From Chiloscyllium plagiosum (Eukaryota): DNA of 64,000 bases. The position numbers were made by a program, and so were the translations under genes. Below are positions 36,341-48,905 of this stretch, piece after piece; position 1 is the first letter of the stretch, and each line of letters begins with the position of its first letter. The DNA is taken from assembly GCF_004010195.1 (NCBI RefSeq), contig NC_057750.1, positions 3,344,761-3,408,760 of the forward strand. Direction: 5' to 3'. A model generated the notes under the pieces. It did not search any database. It was not told the DNA's origin and was given only the letters and a program-made list of their open reading frames with translations.

Positions 36341-36919
36341 TATGTAAACTTTGATTTTGTAGATAGGGCACTTGGTTTGCTGCGACATGACATTTTTGTA
36401 CAGACTGCTGCATTATTTTTTTCCATTCTATAACAACCCTGTGAATCTCCACACCCATTACAGTTGATTTTAATCTTTCAGTGATTGACTGGAGGACTGT
36501 ATGGATTGCAGTGGGAACCGGCAGCCAAAGAGTTATGCCCCCAACCCCCTGCACTGAACATCAAACGTGTCCCAGGCCAGCTCACTTGTTCGAGGCATGT
36601 CGTTCAAGCTGGGTAGACCTCCTCTTGCACACTCTCTCTTCCCTCCCTCCCCCAAAATCAAAATTATTTACAGTCAGGCCACAGTTACAAAGTAAAGGGA
36701 GAATGGGAGTGGCCAAGCTTATTTTGCAGATCCCAATCCCAGGTTTTGCAGTTCTGGGACCCACACACATATTCCACCACTTCACCTGTGCCCCTTCTGT
36801 TTCATTCTTGTGGAGTTAGTTAAAACAAGACCAGTGCTGGCCTATACTAGTAACTGTTTGCTTTATTTCTCCATTATAAAGTGACTGCTCTGCAAAAGCA
36901 AACCTTTTGACAGTTGACG

Positions 36920-37195
36920 ATAGGTTTAAGGTGAAAAAGATTTAAAAAGGTCCTGAGGGGTAACTTTTTCACACAGAGGATGGTCCACATATTGAACAAG
37001 CTGTCAGAGGAATTGATGGAGGCTGGTACAATTACAATATTTAAAAGGCATCTGGATGGATATATGAATAGGAAGGCTTTAGAGGGATATGGGCCAAATG
37101 TTGGCAAATGGGACTAGGTCAGATTTGGATGTCTGAGCAGCGTAAATGAGTTGGACCGCAGGATCTGTTTCTGTGCCGTACTACTATAGACTGTA
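36920..37195 (+). mobile_element. CR1/HER1-like LINE 3' end
   Basis: AACTTTTTCACACAGAG...GGGATATGGGCCAAAT... Confidence 0.8.
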
Positions 37196-38074
37196 AGTCC
37201 TGAAATTGTTAAAAGGGACTGCATTAAATGTATGCTTTTCTTATTTCCATGACCGTGAAAACTGAAATAATTCCCAAGGTGTAGTCTGGCAATATTTGAC
37301 ACAGAAGCAAAGATGGTTTTAGCTGACTAAAAGTTTTTTCAATGTTAAGCATTGTTGAGCATTTCAAAGGAGAGAGAGATCAGGCAGAAAGATTTAGGGA
37401 GGACATTCTAAACTGAAGCATAGGGCCTCAGAGAGCTCAATGTATGTTCACCAATGGTTGGGCTGAGGTATTGAATCATCTTGTGAAATGATGTGTGATT
37501 AAGATATTTGATAATTATGCACAAGTAGAACTTAGTTTAAGAGACACACAGAACGATTCATTTGGGCTTTGCACAGATTCTGAAGCAATGCATTCAGGTA
37601 CTAGACCTACAAATAAAGCAGAGTTGAAAAGTGAGGCACTGGAAAAGCACAGCAGGTCAGGCAGCATCCGAGGAGCAGGAGAGTTAACATTTCATGCATA
37701 CACCCTTCACAAACAATGCAGGTGAGTATGTAGTATTCTCTTTGCAACCAGTTTTCATATACTTTTGGAAATAGCTATCAAACATTACTTCACAGGCACT
37801 TGTTGTTCATGAAGTGTGCAGTGATTTGTCTCCCAGTGATTCAGTGGTCAGTCCTTACCAACCAGGATGCCACAAATATTTCCAAAGGGTTCCATGCAAT
37901 TTTTAAAGTAATTTGAAAATTGTACCATTTCTTTCAATGTATATTTTTGCATTTCATAAAAAGTAGTTTTTAACTTTGCTTTCATTTTTGTTTTATAGTG
38001 TTAACTTGGTGGGAGGGAAGAAGGGAGAGGACTGCAGTTAAATAGAATTTCACAACATATGAAAGGATTTCTTA

Positions 38075-38920
38075 ACCAGGTGAAGATAATGTATACTGTG
38101 CTGAACAATAGACAAATCCATAAGTTAAAGAGAGGGTTGATCCTGTCATGTTGTTCCCCGAGCAGACAGTCAAAGTCATTTGGCAGAATGCCTCATCGCC
38201 AGAACTTTCCAACAGGCACCAAGACACCACTTGGCTGGTGGTGAGAAAGGTGCTGCCCATCAGATCCTTCATGTCTGCCTAGACTCTCTCAGCCATCACA
38301 CGCTGCCCTAGAAGTGGCTGTGCTAGTGAAGAGACTGTCACACAGCTCCTTTTGCATTGTGCCTTTGCAAAGAAGGTCTCAAGAAAGATGCAGTGGTCTT
38401 GGTCAAGGTTCATTCTGAGCAGTTCCATGACATGGGACTCTGTGCTGTACAGGCTCTTCCTCAGGATGCACACTGAGACAAATATCAACTGCGTCTGGAG
38501 GACCATTAATTTGGTGAAAGATGCTCTTTAACTTGTTGGTCTTCACGTGCAAGAAGGTGACCTTGACCAAGTGTTGCTGAAGGCACATTCCAAGAACTAC
38601 GTGCTGAGGGATATACTAAAGCATAGGCCAGCTGTTGCCAAGGAGCAATGAAAAAAAGGCCACTGTCTGAGGTGTTTCTTATAACAGAACTCCATTTAGT
38701 TGTCAGATCCCCTGTTGCCTCATAAGTAAATATTTCCTTCTTGCATGAATTAAAAATACCCTTGTTATTTGCAACTGCACAGTAACTCTGTGGGATGTAA
38801 AATTCCAATGTATCACTTGTGTTTCTTTTTCACCTTTGGAAAGATTATACAGAATAGAATGAGAAGCTTTTTGTCTGTACCTATAGATTTTTTGTTCTGA
38901 ATAAAGTTTTTTTTGCACTA
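38075..38920 (+). mobile_element. Tx1/L1-like non-LTR 3' fragment
   Basis: zinc-knuckle-like EETVTQLLLHCAFAKKV near 38330 and an AATAAA-bearing tail; similar tails near 34680-34775 and 45050-45190. Confidence 0.6.
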
Positions 38921-41079
38921 AAGAAATCAGTGGCTCCTGACATTTATGATATTACATTCAGACCATTTAGGCGCTGAGTTGTCTTGTTGAATCACTCTTA
39001 ATAGGGTCTGCTGGTCTCATACCTGATGTGGCAACAGGATTTAAGCAGAAATACTAGAAACACATGAGACAGTCATGATTTGACTTTAAAATAATATTTC
39101 TAGATAAAAAAAGACTTGCCAGATGCCATTCAACCCCTCAAAGTTGTTGCAATAAGCTGTTAGTCAATATCAACTTGTACCTGATAGGGTTCTTTAAGCA
39201 GAACCTCCGTGCTGCCCTTACGTGGTGATAACCAACTGACCCACAGGTTGTTCATTTAGCCTAGGACTTGTAATGTACTGATTATAAGAGAAGGCTAATT
39301 TGGAACTCATGGAATGTGGGTGTAACTAGCAAAGCCAGCATTTGTGGTCCATTCCTAATTGCTCTTGGGCTGAATGGCTACTTAGATCATTTCAGAATCG
39401 ACTTGATTTCTTGTGGAATCTCAGATTTCCTTCTGTGAAGGATTTTAGGGTGGGTTTTTACAACAAGCAGCAGTAGCTCTTATCATGCCTGGCTTTTTAA
39501 AAATGTCTCAGAGTTTTTAACTAAATTCCATCTACTGTGGCAGCTTCCAAATAATGTCCAAAAAATGTTTGCACAGGCTGCTCAATTACTAGGCTGGTGA
39601 TATTAATTACCCGACCAGGCTTCCAGTGAAATTATAGAAGAGGTCAAACAGCATGAGGGTTTAAAAGGATACATATTCGTGGCGACAGTGATTTTAACTC
39701 AGTGTGGTGAAGTGAGATAATATCATTGTAGGTTTAGAGAAAGTTTACAGCATTTTATAGTTGTAAAGATATATGATCTACACACAAGGGAGGATTATTA
39801 TGGAATGCCCTACCGCGCTAATCACTCGCCCTCACTGTGTAATAATGGTTTGTAGCAAGTGTTAAAATCCGTCTGACACAAGACAACAGGATGTGAGATT
39901 TTTTTTGAAAGTTTACAAAAGGGATTCACTGGGGAGTCCAGATGGGAAGAGGAAACGCGAATGAAAAAGGTGTGAGATGGAGCCATGAGCAGCGGGAGGC
40001 AGCTGAGCGCATTTACACCTGGAAGATGCTCGGTCGTTTTTGCAGAAAACTTGTGCGGGTTGCTCTCGGCCCAGCTCAGAAAGACACCAGCAGCTTTAGT
40101 TTGGGGGGGGGGGGGGTTTGCCTCTGATGAGAACCATGCGCCGGCTGAATGTATTGACAATTAAAATGCTAAAACTGACTCTATGAGACAGTCACTGGCA
40201 TAGGCAAACAATAAACAGATAAAATTCAACAATGGAAACTAACGGTAATGTGCTGCCTATTCAAGTGTGTTGTAATTTTTTAAAGGGGTCAGGGTGGGAG
40301 ATGAACTTGATTTTGTATCGGCATATACCTTACCGTCAATAAAGTACTTTAGAAAAACAGGCAATTTGCAAAAAGCAATACTAATTTGGTAACCACTGGT
40401 TCATCTCTTATAGCGGCTGAGGGGCATATATCGGAAAGGAAATAAAATGCAGAAATCGAAAAACACTCCCCTTCATTTAGGAGCACCCTGGAATCTTTTA
40501 TGTCCATCTGAAAACGTTGACGGAGCCTCAGTTTAGCGACTCAATCCAAGTGACAACACATCATACAATGCAGCTCTCGATCAAATCTGCACTGAATTAC
40601 ATGTTTACAGTCTCAGTATAAGATTTGAACCCATGATTTTCAGGTCCCAGAAACAGGGGGTTGGGGGGGGGGGTGAAACACTGAACTAGGCTGACACCCT
40701 CAAACATTGGTATGAGCAACAGTTCTCTGTGGCTGGACTGACACTTGCCAAGCACTTTTTGCTGATTCCCTAATGTTCTGAAAGACTGGGAAAGCCAATA
40801 AACAGAGTCACTTGTGACTGTTGAGTCACTTGTCCTGCCAAGGCCCAATAAGGCTCAGGGTCAAGGGCTGAAAAATGTGATTACAATAGGTGGTTGTTTC
40901 CGATCAGCAGAGACACAATAGGGTGAAGGGTCTTTTCCCGCCCTGTAGACTTCTATGATTTCAGAGGTAGCCAAGTCAACTAAGTGTGGACTGAAATCAC
41001 AGAGGCCCAAACTGCGTAAGGATGGTAAGTTTCTATCCTTGATGAACTCTATAATGTTGAGAATGAATTGTTACAGTGT

Positions 41080-41720
41080 AGGAGGCCATTTGGCCCTTTG
41101 CATTTGCACTGAGCTCTCCAAATGGGCATTTCACTTGGAGCCATTCTACTGCCTATAACCCAAAACATCATCTCTTTTTGAAAACACTTTTTGAACCTGC
41201 CTTCACCACATATTCAGGTAGTGCATTCTAGACCTTAAGCATTTTGCTTAATGAAGAAGTTTTTTCTCAACCTTCCTTTAGCTTTCTAAATCAATAATTT
41301 TAAATCTGTGCCTTCTTGTTCTTGATCCCATCAAATAGGAACAATATCTTTCTATCTTCTCTGCCGGATTCCTTCATAAGTTTGAATCCATCTCTCAGAT
41401 CTGAGCTTTCTAATTTCTTCATAACAGAAAATAAACATGCCTGGAATTGTTCTTGTGGATCTTTCAATACTCTCTCCAATGCCTTCACATCTTTCCTGAA
41501 GTGCAGCATGTAGAACTGAATGTAGCACAGTAGCAGAAGCTTTCGTACAAGTTCAACATAAACTACTCGCCCTTGTATTCTCTGCCTTGATTAATAAAGG
41601 TTAGGATATGAGATACTTTATGAACCACACTCTCTACTTGTCCTGCCACCTTTAATGATTTAAGGGCATGTACACCCAGGTCTCTTTGCTCTTGCACTCC
41701 CTTTCAAGTTGTCCACTTTT
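41080..41720 (-). mobile_element. decayed CR1-like LINE fragment
   Basis: HFRKDVKALERV motif on the minus strand. Confidence 0.75.
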
Positions 41721-42204
41721 TAAAATAAAATTGACTCTGCAGTCGTTCTTTTACAGTAATCAGATAGGCCTCTTCTACTGATATCAAATCGCTACTTTCA
41801 TAATTTTTCAAGTTATTTCAAATTCTAAACTGCATTGATGGAATTTGAACATTTATTGGATTATTGGTTCAGTGACTTGATCATTATATGAATGTACTCA
41901 TCTTGAATACAATGTATTTGTAATCTTTAAAAATAAAGAGGAAGAGAGAATGTGTATGAAACATCACCTATACTTCATAGAATTGCAGTATTTTATAGTA
42001 CAGATGGAGGCGATTTGACCCATCATGACTGTACCAACTTCTAAAAGAACTACCCAGCTAGACCCACTCTCCAGCTCTATCTCTGTGGTCCTCTAACATC
42101 TTCACTTTCAAATAAATATCCAGCTCTGTTTTGAAATCTCCTATGGAATCCATCTCATTTGGTCAGTCAAAAGGTCAAATGAAAAGCATTGTGCAATTGT
42201 AAAG

Positions 42205-42616
42205 TACTTCACTTCTTTGCTCACGAAATGTTGGCAGATTTTCCAGGCCAGACTCTCAGGAAATCACCCAACTCTTGCGTACCATTACTCCCAAAACTGT
42301 TATCAGTGCTGGCGATCTGCAAGATCACCCCAGGGCTCACACTTGAGAACATGCTCAACAATAAACCACCTGAAGATGGATACATGGGAGCTGGGTTCAA
42401 CAAATGAACTGATCCTAGGCCCAGAAGATCACTTAATGGGGATGTGTTCGGCATGGGGTGAAACACTGTGGGTTCAGAGCTGCCATTAACATCAGCATTC
42501 TGTCCCTTTTTCACCTCCTCCAGGTCAGCCAAGCTGCTGAATTCCTTATTCTTCAGATTGTTAAGGATCAAAACCTCCCCCTCCGGAAATGGTGGCATCT
42601 CCTCCAACACAGTTGC
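42205..42616 (-). pseudogene. AP-2 alpha-adaptin (AP2A1/AP2A2-like) intronless pseudogene fragment
   Basis: ATVLEEMPPFPE...LADLEEVKK...DVNGSSEP...SDLLGLG...GGLLLSMFS matches the alpha-adaptin trunk end and hinge; degenerates with a frameshift near 42250. Confidence 0.8.
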
Positions 42617-45562
42617 CGAGGAAGGAATAGCTCAGTTAGCTCTGAGGACATTCCAATTCTGCAAACATGCCCACTTCAGTTTAACATACTGAAGTTTGAA
42701 ATGTTAGCGAGACAAGAAACATGAATTAAAAACAAAAGGGAAATTCAATTGTGATGAAAGGTCATCATGCTGAACCATTAACTCTGTTTATCACTTGGCT
42801 AATACTGCCTTATCTGGTTGAGTATTAAGGACTCTGATGAAGGCCCTGGCTTCAATGTAGGGCTAAGGGGTGGTTTGATGATCAGTTAGGTAGCTCAGTC
42901 AGAGCAATGGTAAACCTGACCGGTTCCCTGGTCTTAACAGTGAGCATTAGTCATAATATTCTTCGAATTATTCTGCAGCAATTGACATCATAGTGGATCT
43001 GACATGATGGATATGTAAATATTGGTCACTCTTACAATGAGGTTGAACATTTTGATAGGAATTATTATCCAGGGAGACAATGCATTTGAGGAGGTGGAGG
43101 GAAGGAAAATATAACTGATTGAGGAAGTTAATGAAAATGAGAAAGAAGCACTTACAACAGCTCAACCCAGTGAGGTGAATGGCCAGTTGCAATGAATCAA
43201 TTAGAGAAAGAAGATTACCAGGTTTGAAAAAAAACACCATTTGTAGAGAATAGGTGAGGATCATGTAGAGACTGTGAAGCACATCATAGTTGAATAATTT
43301 ATGGACTTCACATGAAAAATGGCCATAAAATCATAGAGCTGTACAGCATGGAAACAGACCCTTCAATCTAACTTGCCCATCCTGACCAGATGTCCTAAAT
43401 TAGTCTAGTCCCATTTGCCAGTATTTGGCTCAGCTCCCTCTAAACCCTTCCTATTCATATACCCACCAACCTCCTCTAGCAGCTCATTCCACACACACAC
43501 ACACCACCCTCTACGTGAAAACGTTTTCCCTCAGGTGCCTTACCTTTAAATAATTTACCTACCTTTATTTTAAAGGCAGGTAAAAGGTGCCAGCTGATCT
43601 TTGAGGAACTTTATTCTAACTAGAATCATTACCATCAATAGAAGAGAGGGAATGTTGGCAAAACAGGATGAGTTGATGGAGAAAGCTTGTGAATCCTGTC
43701 AGGTTTATGGTCAGGTGAAAGATAAGTTTATACAATCTATTACCACTGAATACACTCCAGTGACACACTCAAGACACACTTCAGAAGACTGTGCAAATGT
43801 AATCAGTTCCTTTTCTTAATTAGCCACTTCATCTATTAGTTAATTAGTTGTATTAATTTAGGTGCCATGGATGTCAATTTACAAATCTTTTCACTATATA
43901 TTTTTATGAAAAACACCTTGTGACAATAAATTGCTTTTCTATTCTATTCTTTTAAAATTAATAACTGGAAATTAGTTAGATTCTTGGAATGCACCTGGGA
44001 GTACAGAAATGAATAATTCACTCCGGATAGCTTCCATGAAAGACACTTGAAGCCCCCATTAAGAATTTGATGGCCTGAAAAGATCAGGCTCTCAGTCATG
44101 CTGGGATCAACAGCAAAAAGCAGAAAATCTTAGAGAAAATTCAAATTTAGATCAACAAACCATGTCTCCTGCTTGGATGGATACAGATTCCCCAAAGCAA
44201 ACAAAATCAGAGGGGTTAGCAGTTTCTGCAAGGATTTTGAAATTTATCGAGATATGGCAGTGTATTTGTAACCAATGGTACTTTTTAAGACAACCAATCT
44301 GTTATTGAAATGTGAAATTACTTTGTATAAATACAATAATTTGACTTAATCAAAATAAACGCAACCAAGTTGGAATACAGTGCTAAAATTTAATTGTTAG
44401 ACAATATGAATTAATTGTAGAATATACAAAGTGAATAGGGTGTATTTCTGTAGCAACAGAGCAGACAATGAGTTTAAAAACTCACCTGTGAAATTTTTCA
44501 AGTTGTTCGAATTGAGTTCACTAGCTCAGTTAAAAGAATGACTAAATGCAATTGAACACCACGAACAATGGGATGTGAAGTTAATGGTATAAGGACAGAT
44601 CAGCAGGAAACAAGTGTCTGAGTCACTGTTAACTATGTGAAGCATTGATGGATAACTTTATTAAAAGGATTTGGCTTTGTAACTTAAGCAGTTCTTAAGA
44701 GTTCTTCCATGTCAAATTCCAAGTAGTTGTTTGTATAGCTCTCACATAATGTGATTCAGAATACACACAGGATAATGCTGCTTCTAAACTAATTATTCAA
44801 TCAGGTAATCCTGTCAAGGGGATTCTGGTGCCTGGAGGTGATTTACTTTGCTGGTAATCAAAATCTGCTAGCCACTGTCTGAGGTTGAACGAGAAAATGT
44901 GCAGTTTTGCACACAATCAAACAGAGAAGGCATTGACCACAAAAAGAGACTTTGATGGGAATGTGCTGAGGTGAAGTTGAGGTGCCTGAGGGAGATCACA
45001 AAATCCAAACAACCCATCTACATTACCCAACACTTAAAGCACTACTTACTTTGTTTGTTGAGTAGAGTCAAACTCCAATGTTTGTTTACATCATATGCTA
45101 GCGTACAGCACAGAACTATTTTAGTGATTATGTATATATATATATATAAAGATATTTTTATGAAATATGTATATTTTTGAAATTAAAAAATTACTTGCCT
45201 TGCATATGGCAGAGTCTACAATTTGCAATTTGGATATTACAGCCATCCCAGATCCCATAAAACCAGTGTGGAGGCAAGTCATCCTCGATCTTGATGGTCT
45301 GCTAAAGAAAAGTTCTATTTGACTTTGACATCAATTTCTAACCATATATTTGCACCATCATCAAGACTACTCACTTCCACTTGCACTTCCACAACATTAT
45401 CTGACTCTGCCCTTGCCTCAGCTCATCTCCTTCTGAAACTTTTATTCATGCCCTTGTGACTTGACTATTCCAACACATTGCCGATGAAGTGCTCCAGCCC
45501 GAAACGTCAATTTTCCTGCTCCTTGGATGCTGCCTGACTTGCTGTGCTTTTCCAGCAACACA

Positions 45563-45856
45563 CGTGGGCAGCACGGTGGCACAGCGCCTGAGACCCGGGT
45601 TCAATTCCTGCCTCAGGCGACTGACTGTGTGGAGTTTGCACATTCTCCCCGTGTCTGTGGGTTTCCTCCGGGTGCTCCAGTTTCCTCCCACAGTCCAAAG
45701 ATGTGCAGGTCAGGTGAATTGGCCATGCTAAATTGCCCGTAGTGTTAGGTAAGGGGTAAAATGTAGGGGTATGGGTGGGTTGCGCTTCGGCGGGTCGGTG
45801 TGGACTTGTTGGGCCGAAGGGCCTGTTTCCACACTGTAATGTAATCTAATCTAATC
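45563..45856 (+). mobile_element. HE1-like V-SINE nested in a Penelope-like terminal repeat (about 45481-45900)
   Basis: SINE with (TAATC)n tail interrupts ...CCAGCAACAC / ACTCTCAACTCTGATCTCCAGCATC... Confidence 0.85.
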
Positions 45857-48399
45857 ACTCTCAACTCTGATCTCCAGCATCTACAGACCTCACTGTCTCT
45901 TATTCCAATACATTGGTGACTGACCTCCCATCTCCTACTCTCCATAAAGATGAGTTCATCCAATACTCTGCTACCTGTGTCCTAAACTGTAACAAGTGCC
46001 ACTCCCTCATCAGCTAGCACGCACATTAGTTCTCAGTCTGGCAAACCCTGAATTTTAAAATTCTTATTCCTGTTTGCAAATCCTTCCATGACCTTGCACT
46101 TGGCGCAATCTCTGAAGCCTCCTTTAACTGAAAACCTAACCCTGAAAGTACTGCACCTCTCAAATTCTGGCTTCTTGTGCTTTTCTATTTTAATCACTTC
46201 ACAACTGGCAGCCACACATAAGCTGCCTGGGCCCTAAGATCTGAAAGTGCCTCTCGCTCCAACACTCTCTCCTCCTTTTAATACATTCCTTAAAAGTTAC
46301 CTCCTTGTGATTTTTGTCAGCCTTCTCAATATCTCATTATGTGACTCAGTGCCAAATATTGCTTGATTTCATTCTTAGGAAAGACTTTGGGATACTTTAC
46401 TACATAAATGTGCCAAATAAACACAAATTGTTGTTGTTGCCTGTGGTTCAGCTATTCTGTATGCCTAGGACCCATGTGTATTTCATCTCAGTTGGTATTT
46501 CTCTTTGCAGGCCGGTGAACTTGTGATAAGAAATATAGGAACCACATATTTCCATGTGTGCCCATGTTATAATCACCATATGCATCTGTGTAGTTCCTTG
46601 CATGGTGCAAATGCCTGGAATCAATTCATGGAAATCAAAAAGAGGGAATAGGGAAGAGAGTATAAAGTATGGTCAAAGGGGTAGGTATTGCATCAGCTTT
46701 GAAGCACAAATGTATGTTACTATAGCTTCAGAGGACGTGCTCTCTCATTTGAGACAGACAGCCGGTGATGAATTTAACCTGAGGCTCACTGCGCATCAGA
46801 TAAGGGACAAAGTTGAGAAAGTGCGGCCTTCAAGATGACCTTAGAGGATTGGAGTAAGCAGGACAGATAGAATTAAGGAGGACGTTCTCTAAGTTGATTT
46901 GGATGGCTCATGGTTTTTATCCTCTGTTGACTCTTTGACACCCATGACTAGATTTCATGCAGAATCTTTCCCCAATGAAGGTGGAGGGTGAACGGAGTGG
47001 GATTCCTGGCCATCAATGGCAGGATGTCAATTAATGTAATTACTGAGCCAATTGACACCCTTTTTCCCTGAAGCCACAGCACTTTACTGGTGCCTTGGGG
47101 ATTTAACAGGAGTCACTTTGCTTTCCTGTACTCCAGGTATGGCAGGAGCCTCCCATGGGGAGAAGCCATCAGGAAATGCAGGGCCTGTTGAAAACCCCTC
47201 TCCTTTCCGTGTCTCAGATTCCTAATGGTGCTGGTGCAAACGATTAGCTGTCAGCTTCTAATTGGTCGGCAACTCTCATCATGTAGGACTCACACCCAAC
47301 TGGAGACCTCCGTTGTGGGTGGCCATTTAAGTGCTGGAGGGAAACTGGTTTCTGTCAGGCCTTCTTCTTGAAACTAATGGGGATTCCTCACTCAGAATAC
47401 TTGGTGCCATCTCTGTCAGTCCCACAAACTCCAAGGCACGGCTGGGCCAAAGTTTTGTCTCATCAAGTATTGAAAAGACATGATTATTTTTGTACCTTCT
47501 GAGTCAATCTGTCATCCTCTATCAAGTTCAACTCATTTTTGGCTCTACGGAACATTAGCTGTTGACCGTTTGTGTTCACTGGCATACCTTTGATCTTTGG
47601 ATTAAGCTCAGCTATATTTGTGTTCAATGCCTCTGTAGGTGGAAGAAGAAAAGAATTAACTGTTCCTATTTGCTATTCAGCAGCCCCTCGCCACCCTGCA
47701 TTGAAAGTGCATCTGTACTGAAAAGACATTGTATGTGACCTTTTTCCTGATTGAAAACACTGCCAACACTCACTGTTTTGGCTCAGTCACCAAGAATGAC
47801 CACTTGGATGAGATACCAGAAGCTAACAGCAGTCCCATAGCACTGTGTTTCAGCAAGAATCAGTGCCATCTGGAAATGAGGAGAAAACGACAAATAGGAA
47901 AGCTTGCAATCAATTTATCGGTATAATCATTATTTACCACTGTGCTAAATAATGCCTTTATCTTCCTCCCTCTGGTAATGAGCACTACCAGTAATTTCCA
48001 AACATCAATGATCAGCCACCAACTGGGCCCATGTGAAAAGTGGCCAAAGGAAAACTGTAGAATCATACAATAAAGGACACCACTTGGCTCATCCTGATTG
48101 CAGTGGCTAGTTAAAAGGCTGATCAAATAGTCCCACTTTTCTGCTCATTTATCAAATTTTTAAAATTTTTCAAGTATTTATCCAAATCACTTCTGAAAGT
48201 GCCTGCTGAATTTGCAACCATTACTTTTTCAGGTAGGGCATTCTAATTTTCAAAAACTCGTTGTCTAAATTTTATCTTCCTCATTTTTCCTCTGGTATTT
48301 TTACTAAATATCTTAAAGTCTATGACTTCTTGTTAGCAACCAAGTTGGAGTTCAATGCAATTCTGGTTCTATGGTAATCCATCATAATTTTGAACCCAT

Positions 48400-48905
48400 A
48401 TAGAGTCATAGAGATGTACAGCATGGAAACTGACCCTTCGGTCCAACCCGTCCATGCCGACCAGATATCCCAACCAATCCAGTCCCACCTGCCAGCACAT
48501 GGGCCATATCCCTCCAAAACCTTCTTATTCATATACCCATCCATATGCTTCTTAAATGTTGCAATTGTACCAGCCTCCACCACATCCTCTGGCAGCTCAT
48601 TCCTTACACGTACCACTCTCTGTGTGAAAAGTTGCCCCTTAGGTCTCTTTTATATTTTTCCCCACTCACCCTCTAGTTCTGGAATCCCCGACCCCAGAGA
48701 AAAGACTTTGTCGATTTATCCTATTCATGCCCCTCATAATTTTGTAAACCTCTATAAGGTCACCCCTCAGCCTCCGACGCTCCAGGGAACACAACCCCAG
48801 CTTGTTCAGCCTCTCCCTATAGCTCAAATCCTCCAACCCTGGCAACATCCTTGTAAATCTTTTCTGAACTCTTTCAAGTTTCACCACATCTTTCCAATAG
48901 GGATA
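48400..48905 (-). mobile_element. CR1/HER1-like LINE 3' fragment
   Basis: KLERVQKRFTRMLPGLEDLSYRERL...RGDLIEVYKIM. Confidence 0.9.
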
